Assembly: GCA_002104905.1 (NCBI GenBank)
Contig: MCFE01000025.1
Span: 1-64,000, forward strand
DNA: 64,000 nucleotides
Source of the DNA: Basidiobolus meristosporus CBS 931.73
Taxonomy: Eukaryota; Fungi; Basidiobolomycota
Reading direction: 5' to 3'
The translations under genes and the position numbers were made by a program. Positions 38,534-52,315 of the stretch are shown one piece after another; within the stretch, counting starts at the first letter, position 1, and the number at the start of each line of letters is the position of its first letter. Below the pieces are notes generated by a model. That model was not told where the DNA came from and did not search any database. It was given only the letters and a program-made list of their open reading frames with translations.

Positions 38534-40063
38534 CTAGTTGTTCAACGACTTCAAGGCCACGATGGCATCCTTGGTACCAAGAATACATGAGATCACTCCG
38601 ACCACGATGCAGATAAAGCACATCACGTAGTCGAAAATGCTGCGACGGAAGTTGAAAAGCTTCAGGTAGCAAACAACGGGTAGAATGAAAATGACCATCG
38701 TGTTCGATATGGCACCGACCAACGACATGAATGCACCAAAGTCCTTCACAAACATGGCAATGATGGTGAGGATAATCAAGATTGCTGTGCGAAGGGCGAG
38801 TCGATAAGTAAATGACCGGGTTCGAGAGCGGTAGGATGTGCTAATCTTGAAGTAGCCTTCGAGCTGATAAAACGGGATGATCAATATCTATGCTCTGAAC
38901 AATGCTCAATTACAGTGATGACTTACCTCCATCGAAAAGCTGGTCAACATGATTGGTGCCGCCAACAAGACGTGGAGTGTAATGGCAATGGTGGATGTGG
39001 TGTTCAATGCGCCCTCAGGCAAACTCAAGAAAATCGGCGACTGGGACGATTGACCGTAGACATAATAGCCGAAGATACCTGCGCACAAGTAAATAACGCA
39101 GCAAGTAATACTTCCATATAGAAGAACCTTGGGCCAGTCTTTTGGCCGCTTCATTGTTTGCTCAATGTGGGGATATACGGGCGTCCCGCCAAAACAGAAA
39201 CTGATGGATGCTATTCCCATAGGCAGGCCAGAATAAATGATAGTCTCGTGTCGTTGGTGTTGGTTCTCTTCAAGATGGGTGAACCCAGCGATACCAATAA
39301 CGATGACAACATAAATAGTGGCAATAACGCCGAAAAGTCTTCGCAAAGGGTTAGACTACGACGAAGGACCACAAAGAAATTGGGGGACACTCACGCCAAC
39401 CATGATACCTCCTTGAGAGTACGCAAGGTAGCAAAGGGAATCCATATGAGGCAGGCAGCAGTAGTTACCCTATACAACCAATAGCATAAGAACCCTATTC
39501 GGTGGATAAGAAGGTTCGCAATCTACCAGATTTTGCTGTCTACGTGTAGACCCAGCTGATTAGTCAAATCTTGTATGCTGATTTTCGTCAAGATAAGGTA
39601 GAGACAAGACACTCCAAGTAAAATGGAGTATTGGAAAATCTGGGTGAAGATTTTGCCAAAGCGACCAAAGGCTGCCTCACCAATTGCAGCGTAGCCGTCG
39701 AGGCGATGCTTCGGTCTAAATTGTCAAGAAAATCAGAACTTCACCTCGGAACCACAAATAAGGAACACATAAGAACCCTTTGTAGTATAAGCATTTAATC
39801 AAAATCGAGCCGGTGTAAGTAGCAAGAATGGCGGACACAACGGTGATTAATACGCTAATCCAACCGGCGAGAGTGAAAGCGTAGGCCATTTGGAGGACAC
39901 CAGTCCCAGCAACAACACATACGATATTGAAGAAAGCGCCAAAGCTTGAGCCGGTTCGCTCATATTCGCCAACATCGTAGTTGTACTCCGTCTTGCTCGT
40001 CAGTTGCTCCTCTTTGGAGCCCACCGTTCGCAACTCTATGTCCTGACTAATTCGGGCTGCCAT
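38534..40063 (-). CDS. AAAP/Avt1-like amino acid transporter, multi-exon
   Basis: GSSFGAFFNIVCVVAGTGVLQMAYAF, SISFCFGGTPVYPHIEQTMKRPKDW, SLVGAISN...FILPVVCYLKL. Confidence 0.9.
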
Positions 40064-40808
40064 GTTGCTTGACAGGAATACCAAGAGCAAGTTAAGGGTC
40101 TAGCTCGTTAGGCCATTTTTTCTTCACTTTCAATCACCACTCTGATGGAATTTCCATCTTTGGAAAATGCGGCCAAATATATAAATTCCAGGAAATGATA
40201 CGCTCCTGTTCCGAAAGGTCAGATTGTACAAGTGGGGTATGTCGAAGAGTATGGTAAGGCAGACCAGTCAATATAGACAGTGCTCTAGATCTATTACGTA
40301 ATAAACACCCTCTGGCTGGCTAGAGTTAATCCTCCGAGCAGCACTGGAGAATAAATGGATCGACATTGTTCAATTCTAGGCGCCGGACAATGATGACACT
40401 GCATACTAATCAACAGCTTGATACCAAACCTGCTGCTCTCCCACAATGGTCCGGAGATGAGCTAAACATTATGACATTCAACACTACAACCATTACCACA
40501 TTAGTAACCGTTGCTCTAATTCATAAATTGCCTAAAAAAACTTAATTTAAATCCTGATGCAACATGACTTGTTATGCTGATTATATCCCTCAATTATATT
40601 AAAATGTCACTGAGGAGAGTCACACACCCTTCTACCCTTGCATAATAAGCCGTGGTCAGCGGGATATTGGCCATCAAATAGACAATCCTACTCTGTTTTT
40701 CAACAGCTTACCTCGCGTTACTTACCTTTCGTGTTCAGCAGCCATTTCTACCCTATTAGACCTAAATATCGAACTTTCCACTAGTTTTATCAAGAGCTGC
40801 AAGTACAA

Positions 40809-43800
40809 ATGCGAAGAAATAACAAAGGTTCTACAGAGCCTCTAACTGGTGAAGAATCGGAGGACAACATTTCTTCAGGTACTGATTGATCCTATTTTCG
40901 TGGGATATTTTCCCCTGAACTTCAACTTGAACATTAACGCACGACAGTTGTTGCTTCCACAGCAGGCTCAGATGGGCACGAGAGCAACCCTATATTTTTA
41001 CGACCTAGCATACGGCGCCAACGCTCCTCTGAAAATAATGTCAGCAAAACCCCGTCGAACACAGAAGAAAAACCTTGCGACTGGGACACCACACTATTCT
41101 TACTTCGTCAAAAAGCGAGGCAGCATAAAAAGTCCGGGAGGGAGGTGCAAAATGACAGCGCACTGGTAGGAAAGCCTAAAGCAGTGCGTAGCTCAACCTC
41201 CAATAGCAATTCCAAGGATGAGAATCCTGACTACAAAGGTGTCGAGAGCGAACGACCCGAGCTTGCTGCACGAGCTGCTACCACCGGTAGCTTACCTGGC
41301 ACCAGCAAAGGGCGACCACACGCAGTTCAATTCGATAATGTTCGAGCGGACACTTTTGCCTCTCTTCCATCGCTGAGCCATGGGGAAGGCGGGGAGCCTA
41401 TTTCCTCCGATTCAGTGAAAATGAAGTTCCGTCGTATCATGAATCGTATGTCTTCTTCCAATATATTCCACTCATCCAACTGGAAGAAGGGGAAATCCAA
41501 GTCTGCCTCAGACTTTGCAAGCTTCTCGCCCCTCATGGAGACTGCACTGGCGATTCCAATCTTTTGGGTGCAAAGAGATGAATGGGGCCTCAAACCAGTA
41601 AGTCTTCGGTGCGTTTATCATGTCAGCATTGCCACCCATCTAACCCTTGATGCTCACAGCCTCCAATAGTGTTCCAGTTCCTTAAGCTTCGGATCACCGA
41701 GTCTGACATCAACCCGAACAAACGGCTACACCAAGATCATTTTTATTTCAGAATCGAACTGGAATATGGGGACGTGAAATGGGTCATCTACAGGCGAATG
41801 TACGATTTCGTGAGGCTACACACCCTCCTTACATTTCGCCATTTCCAAGGAAGGCTGCCCAAGATACCGACATTCCCTAGCCAACTTAGTTATGCAGTCG
41901 ACAAAGTGCTAGATAGGGTGCATGGTGGCGGTGGGAGGGATGAGAGGCTTCGACAGATTGCTTACGAACGAAGGAAGGCCGTTGAGAAATACCTGCTAAA
42001 ACTCATGAGAGTTCTAAACTTAAGAGTGTCGTTTGAGTTTTGTGCCTTCCTTGAAGCTAGTACGGTCTCATTGATCCGTGACCTGGGTTGGAAGGGGAAA
42101 GAGGGGTATCTTGACAACCGTGTGAAAAAGACCGTTGGACCCTGCTGCACCGGAGTTCGACCCAGTAGATGGCGCTCTGATTGGATAGCCATTAGAGATT
42201 CATGCGTGATATTCTGCAACTCGATCAGCGATAGCTCACCAAAAGACATTCTACTCTGCAACAAAGATTTCACCATCGAACACTCGGCGGATAGCAAAAA
42301 CCCGCTTCGACGCAGAACAATCACAATCGGAAACAAGTTCCGTAGAATCGATTTACGCGCCAGTAGTGAAGCACATGTCCATGAGTGGATCAAGAATCTG
42401 GAGCAGATTCAGAGGAATTCCCTATGGGTCCAGAGAAACCGGTTCGATTCGTTCGCCCCTGTTCGGGACAATGTCAATGCTCGATGGTTTGTCGATGGAG
42501 CCGACTATTTCTACGAGCTTTCCGAGGCACTTTTGAATGCAAAGCACACCATATATATTGGTGACTGGTGGCTTAGCCCGGAAATGGTAAATATCCATGA
42601 TCATTACCGCGCATAATTTCACCCAAACCCGTCAGCGTACTCACCTATACACCTCCGACAGTACCTTCGAAGACCCCCCAAGGAGAACCAAGAGTTCCGT
42701 TTGGATCGGCTACTGCTCAAGAAGGCGGAGGAAGGACTGGCAATCTATATTGTTGTTTACAAGGAGGTGACATACGCGCTTCCCATCTCGTCGCAGCATA
42801 CAAAAGAAACCCTGAAGAGCCTCCACCCCAATATCGTTGTGCAACGCCACCCTGACCATGCACCCGGTGGGACTATGTTTTGGGCGGTATGTGTGTTTTA
42901 TACGACTCTCAAAGCTTCATGTGGCCAACCCTAATACGTTATATTCCATTTCCACAGCACCATGAAGTATGCGGCGATTTTGGTTTAACCGGCATTAAAA
43001 CTAAGAAACTAAATATTTTTTAGAAAATGTGTATTATAGATTCCGAGGTAGCATTCATGGGTGGTCTTGATTTGTGTTTTGGGTACGTGATTCCGTGAGC
43101 TTGCACACCTATTCTTGAGCACTTCTAATGCCATGCCATACAGGCGTTGGGATACCCATGCTCATCGTCTAGCCGATTATCACAAGGATCCCGAAGATGA
43201 GATATGGCCTGGCCAGGACTACTCTAATCCTAGAATCAAGGATTTCCAGGATGGTAGGCATTGACCCGGATTTGGCCTCCACACAAGTACTGATTGCTTC
43301 TCCCAGTGCAACAATTCAACGTCGATATTATCAACCGAAAGAAACTTGCTCGCATGCCTTGGCACGACATTGCCCTTTGTGTTTACGGAAGCACGGCAAG
43401 AGATATAGAGCGGCACTTTATCGAACGATGGAATTTCATCAAGAGTTCAAAAGCTACCCAGAAACAGAATGTCCCCTACCTAATCCCTAAAGGGGAGTAC
43501 GCGATCGGGCGCAACGAGAATGAGAAGAAAGGCACCTGCCGTATCCAGGTACTCCGCAGTAGTGCAGAATGGAGCAGTGGCATCGAGCGCGAGAATTCAA
43601 TCTACGACGCATATGTGGAGTGTATCAGTAAAGCAAAGCATTTCATTTATATTGAAAACCAATTTTTTGTCACAGCAGCGACGGACACCTCCGGGTACAC
43701 CATAAAGAACAGAATTGGTATGGCCCTGGTGGAGCGCATCATCAGAGCCCATAAAGAGCAAGCGAAGTTCAAGGTCGTCGTTATCATGCCACTACTTCCC

Positions 43801-45392
43801 GGTTTTGAGAATAGTATCGACGCCAGTAATGCGACAACGATCAGACTTGTGATGCATTGGCAGTTCATGTCCATCTGTAGAGGGAAGAATTCGATTTTCG
43901 AATGCCTCGCTGCCGAAGGAATCGAACCCAGCGACTATATCACCTTCTTTGGACTGAGGAATTACGATTACATACGAAACCCCAACTATACCGGCTCTGA
44001 TGACAAGGCTGAGATGGATGATGAGTTCAACTTCGACGAGATGGATGAAAATGACCCCGGCGCGGAGTTCGACCACATATTTGTCGAGGGTACACCTGCT
44101 GATATGCACACTCACTCGCATTCCTCTGCGAATAAAAAACCATCGGAGAACCTTCCCGATGACTCTGGTAATTCCGGTAGCGAGATGTTTGACGAGAAGA
44201 CAGCCATGAATGTGCAGGCGGATGAAGACACAGGTCCAAAGAAATCGCATATCCAACGGATGGAATCATCAGTCGCTCCAGACGGACTTAAAATTGACAC
44301 AACCCAAGGACGTTTGAACTTCGAACCATCAAAACAGGACAATGGTCCAGGATCACCAGATGCCCAATTAAGCAGTCCAAGCAATGACCATCTGACAAGC
44401 CCCAAATCACCCTCGCGCCTGTCCGTCGGATCTAAAAACTCCATTTCCTCCAAAACTTCACAAACAGATGAAGCACCGGTCTCACAGACTCCGGCTGGCT
44501 CCAATGTCGTGACTAGACATGACAAGGTCCCTAGGGAGGGAAGGTTTATTACCGAGTTGACGTACATTCACAGCAAGTTGATGATCATTGATGATCGCAT
44601 TGTTTTGTGTGGATCAGGTATGAAAGCAACTTTTCCTTGATCATGTGTAGCTGCATCCTAATATCTCTCAGCCAACATCAATGACCGCTCCATGCTTGGA
44701 AACCACGACTCGGAAATTGCATTGATCATAGAAGATGAAGAAGGCGTGCCCTCCCGGATGAATGGCAAAGAGGTTTCTCGAATTTCACTTGAATCTAGCC
44801 ATATGTGATATTAACGTCATTTTGAATAGTATTTGGCCTCCAGATTTGCGCATTCTCTTCGTTGCTCGTTGTTTAAGGAACATCTAGGCCTGTTGCCGGA
44901 TATGGACATGGCGGAGCTCACCAGGTCGGTCAATGAGGCCACCAGTGAGTCAAACACTAGCTCGGTCTCGGAGGGAAAGAAGCCGGAAATCAACCCAGAT
45001 GATATAGTCAAAGATCCGCTCTGTGATGACTTTTTCAATGACACGTGGCTGAAAACAGCGCGTGAAAACACGGAGATCTTCCGTGACGCTTTCCGATGTG
45101 TGCCTGACGACACAGGTTCGTAAGACTAGCCATATTTGTTTGGGATCGTTTTACTCATGGTTTTTGTTTAGTGACCACATGGGACGAGTATAAAGCTTTC
45201 GTTCCAGACCCACAGATAGTCAAGTATGGTCATTTGGCGCTGAAAGCCCTACCTAGAGAAGCAGCCTGGGGCTTGTTATCGCATATCAAAGGACATTTGG
45301 TTCAATTCCCCACTCAATTCTTGAAAGAGGAAAACCTAAATGCTGCAGTATTCTCGAGGGAATTCTTGGTTCCTGTAGACGTTTTCATTTAA
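40809..45392 (+). CDS. SPO14: Phospholipase D1 (PX, PH, two HKD motifs), multi-exon
   Basis: PX ([15 protein letters not shown]), [11 protein letters not shown]...WFVDGADYF...DWWLSPE, HKD1 split by an intron (WAHHE|KMCIID), RMPWHD, YIENQFF, HKD2 [11 protein letters not shown]...GS|[10 protein letters not shown]. Start exon inferred. Confidence 0.93.
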
Positions 45393-45702
45393 GACAGCTG
45401 GGTTTTAATGAGCCTGTAAATTTATCGCCAACTATATTTTGTAACTCAATGTACTTTTGAATTGACATAAAGCATTTCTGACTATTCGACCATCTTACTT
45501 TGCTTTGCGCCAGAGGTTTGCCCTCCAGATATGCTTGGTTGATAATTGCAGAGGCGATCCCCTAATTCGCTCAGCATGCTTTGATACCGATAGATCCGAT
45601 TTGGAAAAAATTCCATAATTGCCTCAAGGTCGAAAATTTGTTCTTCTGAGATATTACAAGTCTTTCTTCAGTTTCCGCACATCTCTTATTGACAACCTTT
45701 AG

Positions 45703-46206
45703 ATGACCACCGAAAACACAACACAGGCTGTACTTGACAAACTGGCTTGCTCCCCCTACCCATCTTGGGTTGTGTCTGCCATGTGTAAGTATTTCCACCG
45801 TTGAAACACTTACGTCTGATACCCGCATCTAATTCCTCGGATCATTTTAGGCGCATTTGCTATGCCACTCTCCTTAAGAAGGTTACCAGGCGTGCCTTCT
45901 TTCATCCAGACCCCCTCATTCGCTGCCATTTTTGGAGGTGCCGGCTATGTTACCTCCTGTGGAGATTACGAGAATGGTGCTGGCATTGCCACTGGTAAGT
46001 GCATTCGGCATGTAACATGCAACAGTACTCTTTGCTCACTGCTCTTTTAATGTGCACACCATATAGCTTGGTCCATAACGTACCTTGTTCTGAACGTAAA
46101 TAAGGCACTCCGGTCCAAACGCCCAATCCCTATCTTAATGTTGACCACAGTGGCTGGCAATGGATTTATCTATGGACAGAAGTATTTCCGAGAGTACTTT
46201 GCCTAA
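45703..46206 (+). CDS. AIM19: Aim19-like small membrane protein, 3 exons
   Basis: Spliced product ...SPYPSWVVSAMCA...FGGAGYVTSCGDYENGAGIATAWSITYLVLN...NGFIYGQKYF contains the GD..NG.G...AWS..YL motif. Confidence 0.7.
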
Positions 46207-46630
46207 ACATCGCAACATGGCTTGCTGGCTGCATTGTCCTCTGGCGCCGTTTTTGAACTCATAACACTGCATACACTCATCGCTATATTAATTCGGAAAA
46301 TCACCCACACTATGGTATTCCACCCACCATATCCATTGAATTGAACAAACCCGCATCACAACAAATAAAAACGGCGGACCCCTTCAATGTTGGTGTCGAT
46401 GGCTTTCTTTATTGTGCGACAATGACGACGGGGTGAATATATAGTTGCTAAAGCTGAAAAACGGACATCTATACTGCTTCGATATTTGGTGTAGTTCATG
46501 GGCTCCCGCTACAAGATCAAAGCCGGATCTAGGAGAATATTATCCGACGATTTGCATGCTCTCTAGCAACCAACGATACTTTGGCGAAACTGTGCTCCTG
46601 GAAAGGAGCATGGTCACTTCAATGTACAGC

Positions 46631-47118
46631 TCAGAGACTGAAGGTTATTCTGAAGGCGAACGTAAGCCCTAGCGCGACAAAAACGATGATTGTAAGTGCA
46701 CGTAACGCGTTATCGTCATCTATAGGGAAGGAAGCTGAGGTTAAAAACAGTGGAAGAGAAGAACCAGAAGCAGCTTATTACCGTATGTTCCGATATCTTT
46801 TCTAGAGATTTTTCCCGCTCGCCACCTGAATAAGTAAAGGCCGTACAACATAATCCCAACGGAAATGAGAGATAGGAATATGGCGGACACTGTGCTTACA
46901 GAATCACCAAAGTTAAGCAACCCCATAGCTAGGCCGCCAAGGATAATTGCCAAGTTCATCCAACGAAGGAAAGTACGTTCATTGGCAAAGTAGGATTTGG
47001 GCTGCACCTTGTTAGGACCTTCAAATGCATTTGGCTCCTTCGCCACAGCAGGCTCACGGTATGTGTCCAGAACATCGCTCATAGTTGGGGCAATGTTATT
47101 TTTTCTTGCAGAGGACAT
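46631..47118 (-). CDS. Vtc1-like DUF202 three-TM protein, 2 exons
   Basis: [35 protein letters not shown]...YRW-type helix...TY|DDDNALRALTIIVFVALG; stop at 46631. Confidence 0.85.
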
Positions 47119-49034
47119 TCTTGGCGCCGGTAACTTGTAGCAGGAGGGGATTACGAGTTGTTGATGGGTTTTCCATACGGCCTGGCGAATATAAGGGCGA
47201 TTTTCCAGTTAAATCCCAATTCCCAATTTCGATGATAGCTCGCCCTGCAAGCTTACCATTTAGGGGTGCTGGCTGGGTATATATGATTTCAATGGGATTT
47301 CTATTACATCAACATACCCGCACCCTATCTGACTACCTTACCCACCCTCCCTGATTTGTTACCATGAAAGTGTTACATCATCTCATTAAGGGAGCCTGTG
47401 GACCTCGAACTTGCAGTGCACACAAAAAGCCACTCTGCTACCCAGGATATTCAGCTTAACACAAATCTGGTATTTGGCAAAAGAGGCTATTCAGTGATGA
47501 TATTTAATTATTTGGGTAACAGGATTGCCATTATGCAATTCTTTAGAAATGGATTCGACAAAAGTGACCTTCTATAAACAAGAGCGACTAGCTAATCTGG
47601 CGTTACCCTTGTGTGCTGTCGACGCTACACCAAGAGGTTTTTATTTCTTGGCCATGTAACCATGTGGGCAAAGCGACAAGTTCCACTGGGCCATCGAAGC
47701 GTACAACCACGAAGTTCAGTTTGGGTTTACTTTCGTTCAATTTCTCCGAAATCCTCTTTCCATCCGGATATCAGAAATAGATACGACTCTCACCTCTTCC
47801 AGGGAAGGAGCCAATGTAGATGGCCACTGCGAGCACGAGGTTAGGTTAGATTAGATTCAGACCTGAGCGCTACAGATCTTGTTGGAGATAAGGTTGCCTC
47901 TCCAACCAGTGGTTACATGCCTTAGGCTGCAGATTGACACTGATACATAGCTGGCAATTCTGGCAAAAGATCGGTCTTACACGAACCCTTTTCGTCTACG
48001 ATCTTGGACTCTTACGGCAAAAATTATTTGTGAGGGTATTTCTATTTTAGTGCAAGCACTGGGAATATGAAGCCAAAGCCATGAGGACTCTACTTGGCCA
48101 CCCATTGGACAGCAAGGTTGAACAGCGGCCTGAGGTAAATATGGAATTAATATATCCCAAGTAAACCGAATGCCATTGCAATAATGACACGAATGCCACC
48201 TCTACGTTGGCAAAGAGGTTGCCGAAGTGAACTTGCTGCAACGGGATTTGTGCGTAGGGGATGCAACGGTGAAATTTTGGTTACAGGGTCCAATTATCCC
48301 TACAGCCCATTAAACGGATATAGAAGTTTTTCCTGGGTACCAAAAGCAGTAGATGGGCCTGTGGTTGCGGTGAGAGTCCATATCAACCCCATGACAAAGA
48401 GATTTGTACAAATTGTGGCTCAATTAGTGCCAGTAATCCCCAAGTCCCTCAAACCTCAGGCATATGATCAGAACACCATTAATGATGCACCCTGGACATG
48501 GCCAAAACTCATGAAGATAGCGAAGTGATACAATGACCGTAAAGGAATCCTCCCTTCGCAGATTATTAATAGAATTGCCTACCATCTATTCCTTGCGATA
48601 ACCACCGATCACTTGGTAAAATCATATGCTTTGGTATGGGCCATTCCATCACCCCAACATCCGTCGTAAACTTTCTATTCAGGGACATCGGGTAAGTACC
48701 GCATGGGCGGCCTGCACATACTAAACCCTATTGAAAGAATGGTCACAATCGAGAATCTAATCTATTCCTGAAGGTTATCTATCGCATTGTTTATATCCAT
48801 CGAATGGTTGCCGGATTGTAATTCATGCTAAATTCGATATATTCAATTGGGTTTCCGAATTTGGGGGGTGGGGATGCATATAAAGGTTGGTTCGTCATCC
48901 CATTTCATCATCACCTCCCAAGTAATTCTCAATTATCTTTTCCAAGCCGTAAGTCTTCAAGTGCTCTGTCTTTTTGCATTGCTGGTATCGCGTTTATTAA
49001 CCGTATTTCGCTTGATAGTCCATAGCATATAGCA

Positions 49035-51155
49035 ATGAAATTCGGCTCACAGCTTCAAGAAATCTTGTACCCTGAGTGGCGTTTCTATTACCTTGACTAT
49101 GACGGTCTTAAGCGTATGTTGAAGGAACGCCTCAACGACTTCACTGAGAAAGACGAGGCCAAGTTTGTTGAATTCTTGGAGAAGGAGTTGGAGAAGGTCT
49201 ACACCTTCCAAACCGTCAAGCTTGGTGAAATCAATAGAAGAGTGGAGTTCAGTGAGCGTACTGTTCAAAAGCTCTCCAAGGGTTCTGATGCCTCTGAGCA
49301 GGATTATGCTGATGTTGAAGAGGATATCAACCGAGTTATCGCTGAAGTCAATGAATTGGCAAAATTCACAAGACTTAACTATTCGGGTTTCCTCAAGATC
49401 ATCAAGAAGCACGACAAGCATACCACTTACTCACTCAAGCCCATGTTCATGGTGCGCTTGAATGCCCGCCCATTCTACAAGGAAAACTTCGACACTCTCT
49501 TGCTAAAGCTTTCTAAGCTCTATGATATCGTTCGTAACTGTGGTCAGGCGGGCAGTAACAAATCTGCTGCACCTGCTGGCGGTTCCCAGAACTTTATCCG
49601 CCAAACCACCAAATATTGGGTGCACCCAGACAACGTCATGGAGGTCAAGCTTCTGATCCTGAAATACCTACCTGTACTCGTATACAACGCCAAAGAGGGA
49701 GGCGATTTCAACCCTGCCGTTAGCTCCGTATACTTTGATAACGAGTCGTTCGATCTGTATACTGGCCGCTTAGAAAAGTCGGAGGGAGCCGAGGCCATCC
49801 GTCTTCGTTGGTACGGCAATTCCAGCAATAACGAAATCTTTGTTGAAAGAAAAACCCACCGCGAGGATTGGACTGGAGAAAAGAGCGTGAAGGAAAGATT
49901 CCCTCTCAAGGAGAAGTACATCAACGACTATCTTCGCGGCGATTTCACCATGGATAACACCATTCAGAAGTTGAGAGAGAGAGGTGCCAAGTCGGAGAAG
50001 GAGCTCAAGGAACTCGAGCAACTCTCCAGTGAGATCCAGTACAACGTCATTACCAAGAAACTTAATCCTACTATAAGAACGTTCTACAATCGTACAGCAT
50101 TCCAGCTTCCTGGTGATGCACGCGTCCGCATCTCACTCGACACCGAGCTAACCTTGATTCGTGAGGATAATCTTGATAACGTCGAAAGATCGGGTAAAAA
50201 CTGGCGCCGCACTGATATTGACACCGACTATCCTTTCTCTCAATTGGCTGATGCCGATGTCTGCCGTTTCCCTTACGCCGTTCTCGAAGTGAAGCTTCAA
50301 ACCCAACACGGTACTGAGCCACCACATTGGGTTACGAATTTGGTTGAAAGCCACTTGGTTGAATCGGTTCCCAAGTTTTCCAAATATATCCATGGTGTTT
50401 CTACCTTGCTCGAGTCTCGCGTGTCTCTTCTTCCATTCTGGCTTCCACAGATGGATAAAGATATTCGCAAATCCCCAAATAGAGAACTGCTTTCTATCAA
50501 AGACTCTGGAAGTAGCCATAGCAATGAAGATAGAGCTTCTTCGTACGGCTCTTCCCGCCGCAATCGCTCATCTCGCCATCAAGAGCCCGAGATTCAAGTT
50601 GTTGTGGATGGCTCTTATCAAAGAACGGATTCTTCGAGATCAAGAGGAAGAGAGCTTACCGATGCCGAGTATGATGAGAATGCCCCTCTCCTTCGTGAAT
50701 CCCGCAGTCGCTCCCGCAAGGCCAACGGTGCAGGATTCTTCAGCGGCCTCTTCAACAGATCCCGCACACCTTCTCCCGATACCCCCAAGGTCCGCCAACC
50801 TGCGAAGCGTATTGCTATCCCAGTGCGTGTTGAGCCCAAGGTCTTCTTTGCTAACGAGCGTACCTTCCTATCCTGGTTACATTTCACCATTGTCCTTGGC
50901 GGTCTAGCCCTAGGATTGTTGAACTTTGGTGACAGCGTCGGCCAAATCTCCGGTGTTCTCTTCACACTCATCTCCATGGGAGTGATGATCTATTCTTTGG
51001 TTTTGTACCAATGGAGAGCCGAGCAAATCCGCCAAAGAAGAGCCGGCCCCTACGATGATAGATTTGGACCAGTTATTCTAGTTGTCGTACTGTTCTTCGC
51101 CGTGTGCATCAACTTCTACTTGAAGTTCACCAGCAACTCAATCAGCAAACCTTAA
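49035..51155 (+). CDS. VTC4: Vacuolar polyphosphate polymerase Vtc4 (SPX-VTC-DUF202), intronless
   Basis: SPX start MKFGSQL...YLDYDGLK; catalytic motifs [30 protein letters not shown] and PKFSKYIHG all present; C-terminal [12 protein letters not shown] block. Confidence 0.95.
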   Translation: MKFGSQLQEILYPEWRFYYLDYDGLKRMLKERLNDFTEKDEAKFVEFLEKELEKVYTFQTVKLGEINRRVEFSERTVQKLSKGSDASEQDYADVEEDINRVIAEVNELAKFTRLNYSGFLKIIKKHDKHTTYSLKPMFMVRLNARPFYKENFDTLLLKLSKLYDIVRNCGQAGSNKSAAPAGGSQNFIRQTTKYWVHPDNVMEVKLLILKYLPVLVYNAKEGGDFNPAVSSVYFDNESFDLYTGRLEKSEGAEAIRLRWYGNSSNNEIFVERKTHREDWTGEKSVKERFPLKEKYINDYLRGDFTMDNTIQKLRERGAKSEKELKELEQLSSEIQYNVITKKLNPTIRTFYNRTAFQLPGDARVRISLDTELTLIREDNLDNVERSGKNWRRTDIDTDYPFSQLADADVCRFPYAVLEVKLQTQHGTEPPHWVTNLVESHLVESVPKFSKYIHGVSTLLESRVSLLPFWLPQMDKDIRKSPNRELLSIKDSGSSHSNEDRASSYGSSRRNRSSRHQEPEIQVVVDGSYQRTDSSRSRGRELTDAEYDENAPLLRESRSRSRKANGAGFFSGLFNRSRTPSPDTPKVRQPAKRIAIPVRVEPKVFFANERTFLSWLHFTIVLGGLALGLLNFGDSVGQISGVLFTLISMGVMIYSLVLYQWRAEQIRQRRAGPYDDRFGPVILVVVLFFAVCINFYLKFTSNSISKP

Positions 51156-51949
51156 ACGCCTCTCGAATGCCCCGCACACCTACTTTCACTGAATTATTAC
51201 TAGAACTGGATCAACCTCATGTATAGCTATCACACGTTGAATCCCAAGCAACTGGATATCCCCCTTCTTGCTATGTGTCCCCTTACCTTACCTTTCCTTT
51301 CCTTTCCTCATGCGATCATTAATTTTTATCTGGATTTTACCAACATCTCAAGTTTTATTCCATAAAGAACGATTTTACCATTACTCCAGTTCCAGAAGAG
51401 CAGAATCGAATTCTTGATCATTTTAAATGTGATGCTAAGCTCAATCGCCGGCGTACTCTAGATTGCACTTCACCTTACTCAGCATAGTTTATCAAAGCAA
51501 GCCCAGCCTAGGTTCTGGCATCAAAGCTAGTGATGTTTTTGGGATGACCGTAATCAGCGACTGCCGATTGCATTGCATGATTTTTAGCTCGCTCAATGCC
51601 CCAAATGGCCAAGGAAGCCTTAAAGCCATTAAAGATCTCAGGCGGTGAGCGGAGCCTTGAAAAACACAATTCGGTGGGCGACGAGAAATTTCTCGGGATT
51701 TTTTTTTCATTCACCATGATTCAGTGAACATTTGTAAACATTTACCTCTCATTGGTTTATTCAGATTGTGGAATCAGTTCAATTAATTCGTTCGATCGTG
51801 GGTTGTTTCTTTCTCTCTCTCGCCGTTTCGTAGCTAAGCGACTGTAATCTTGGTAAGCAGTGAATCGCACATTCACACACAATGAATATGTTGTACTGAT
51901 CTGTATGTCCATCAATTCTTTCGAAACACCCATCCATCAACCACAGAAA

Positions 51950-52315
51950 ATGGCCAAGGAACAAAAGGGTACCAAGCGTTCTACTCTCTCTGACGTCGTC
52001 ACCAGAGAGTACACCATCCACCTTCACAAGCTTATCCACGACCGTTCTTTCAAGAAGAAGGCCCCTACCGCTGTCAAGGCCATCAAGGCTTTCGCTACCA
52101 AGCAAATGGGCACCGTCGATGTCCGTTTGGATCCTTCTGTTAACAAGCAAGTTTGGAGCCACGGTATTCGCAACGTTCAACGTCGTATTCGTGTTCGTCT
52201 TGCTCGTAGACGTAATGATGATGAAGACGCCAAGGAGAAACTTTATACTTATGTCACCTTCGTTCCTGTTACTTCTTACAAGGGCCTTCAAACTGAAGTC
52301 GTTGAGGACAACTAA
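51950..52315 (+). CDS. RPL31: 60S ribosomal protein eL31
   Basis: [12 protein letters not shown]...FKKKAP...[44 protein letters not shown]; strongly biased codon use. Confidence 0.97.
   Translation: MAKEQKGTKRSTLSDVVTREYTIHLHKLIHDRSFKKKAPTAVKAIKAFATKQMGTVDVRLDPSVNKQVWSHGIRNVQRRIRVRLARRRNDDEDAKEKLYTYVTFVPVTSYKGLQTEVVEDN

Noticed and set aside
43980-44540. Long acidic/Ser-rich insert before the second PLD HKD motif
   Set aside because: Low-complexity loops at this position are common in fungal PLD1 proteins.
47841-47860. GGTTAGGTTAGATTAGATT as a telomeric seed
   Set aside because: Too short and degenerate to distinguish from chance.
51779-52291. 170-aa antisense ORF over RPL31, and similar ones over VTC4, RanGAP, PLD and the P4-ATPase
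   Set aside because: Expected from biased codon use on the sense strand; no independent motifs.
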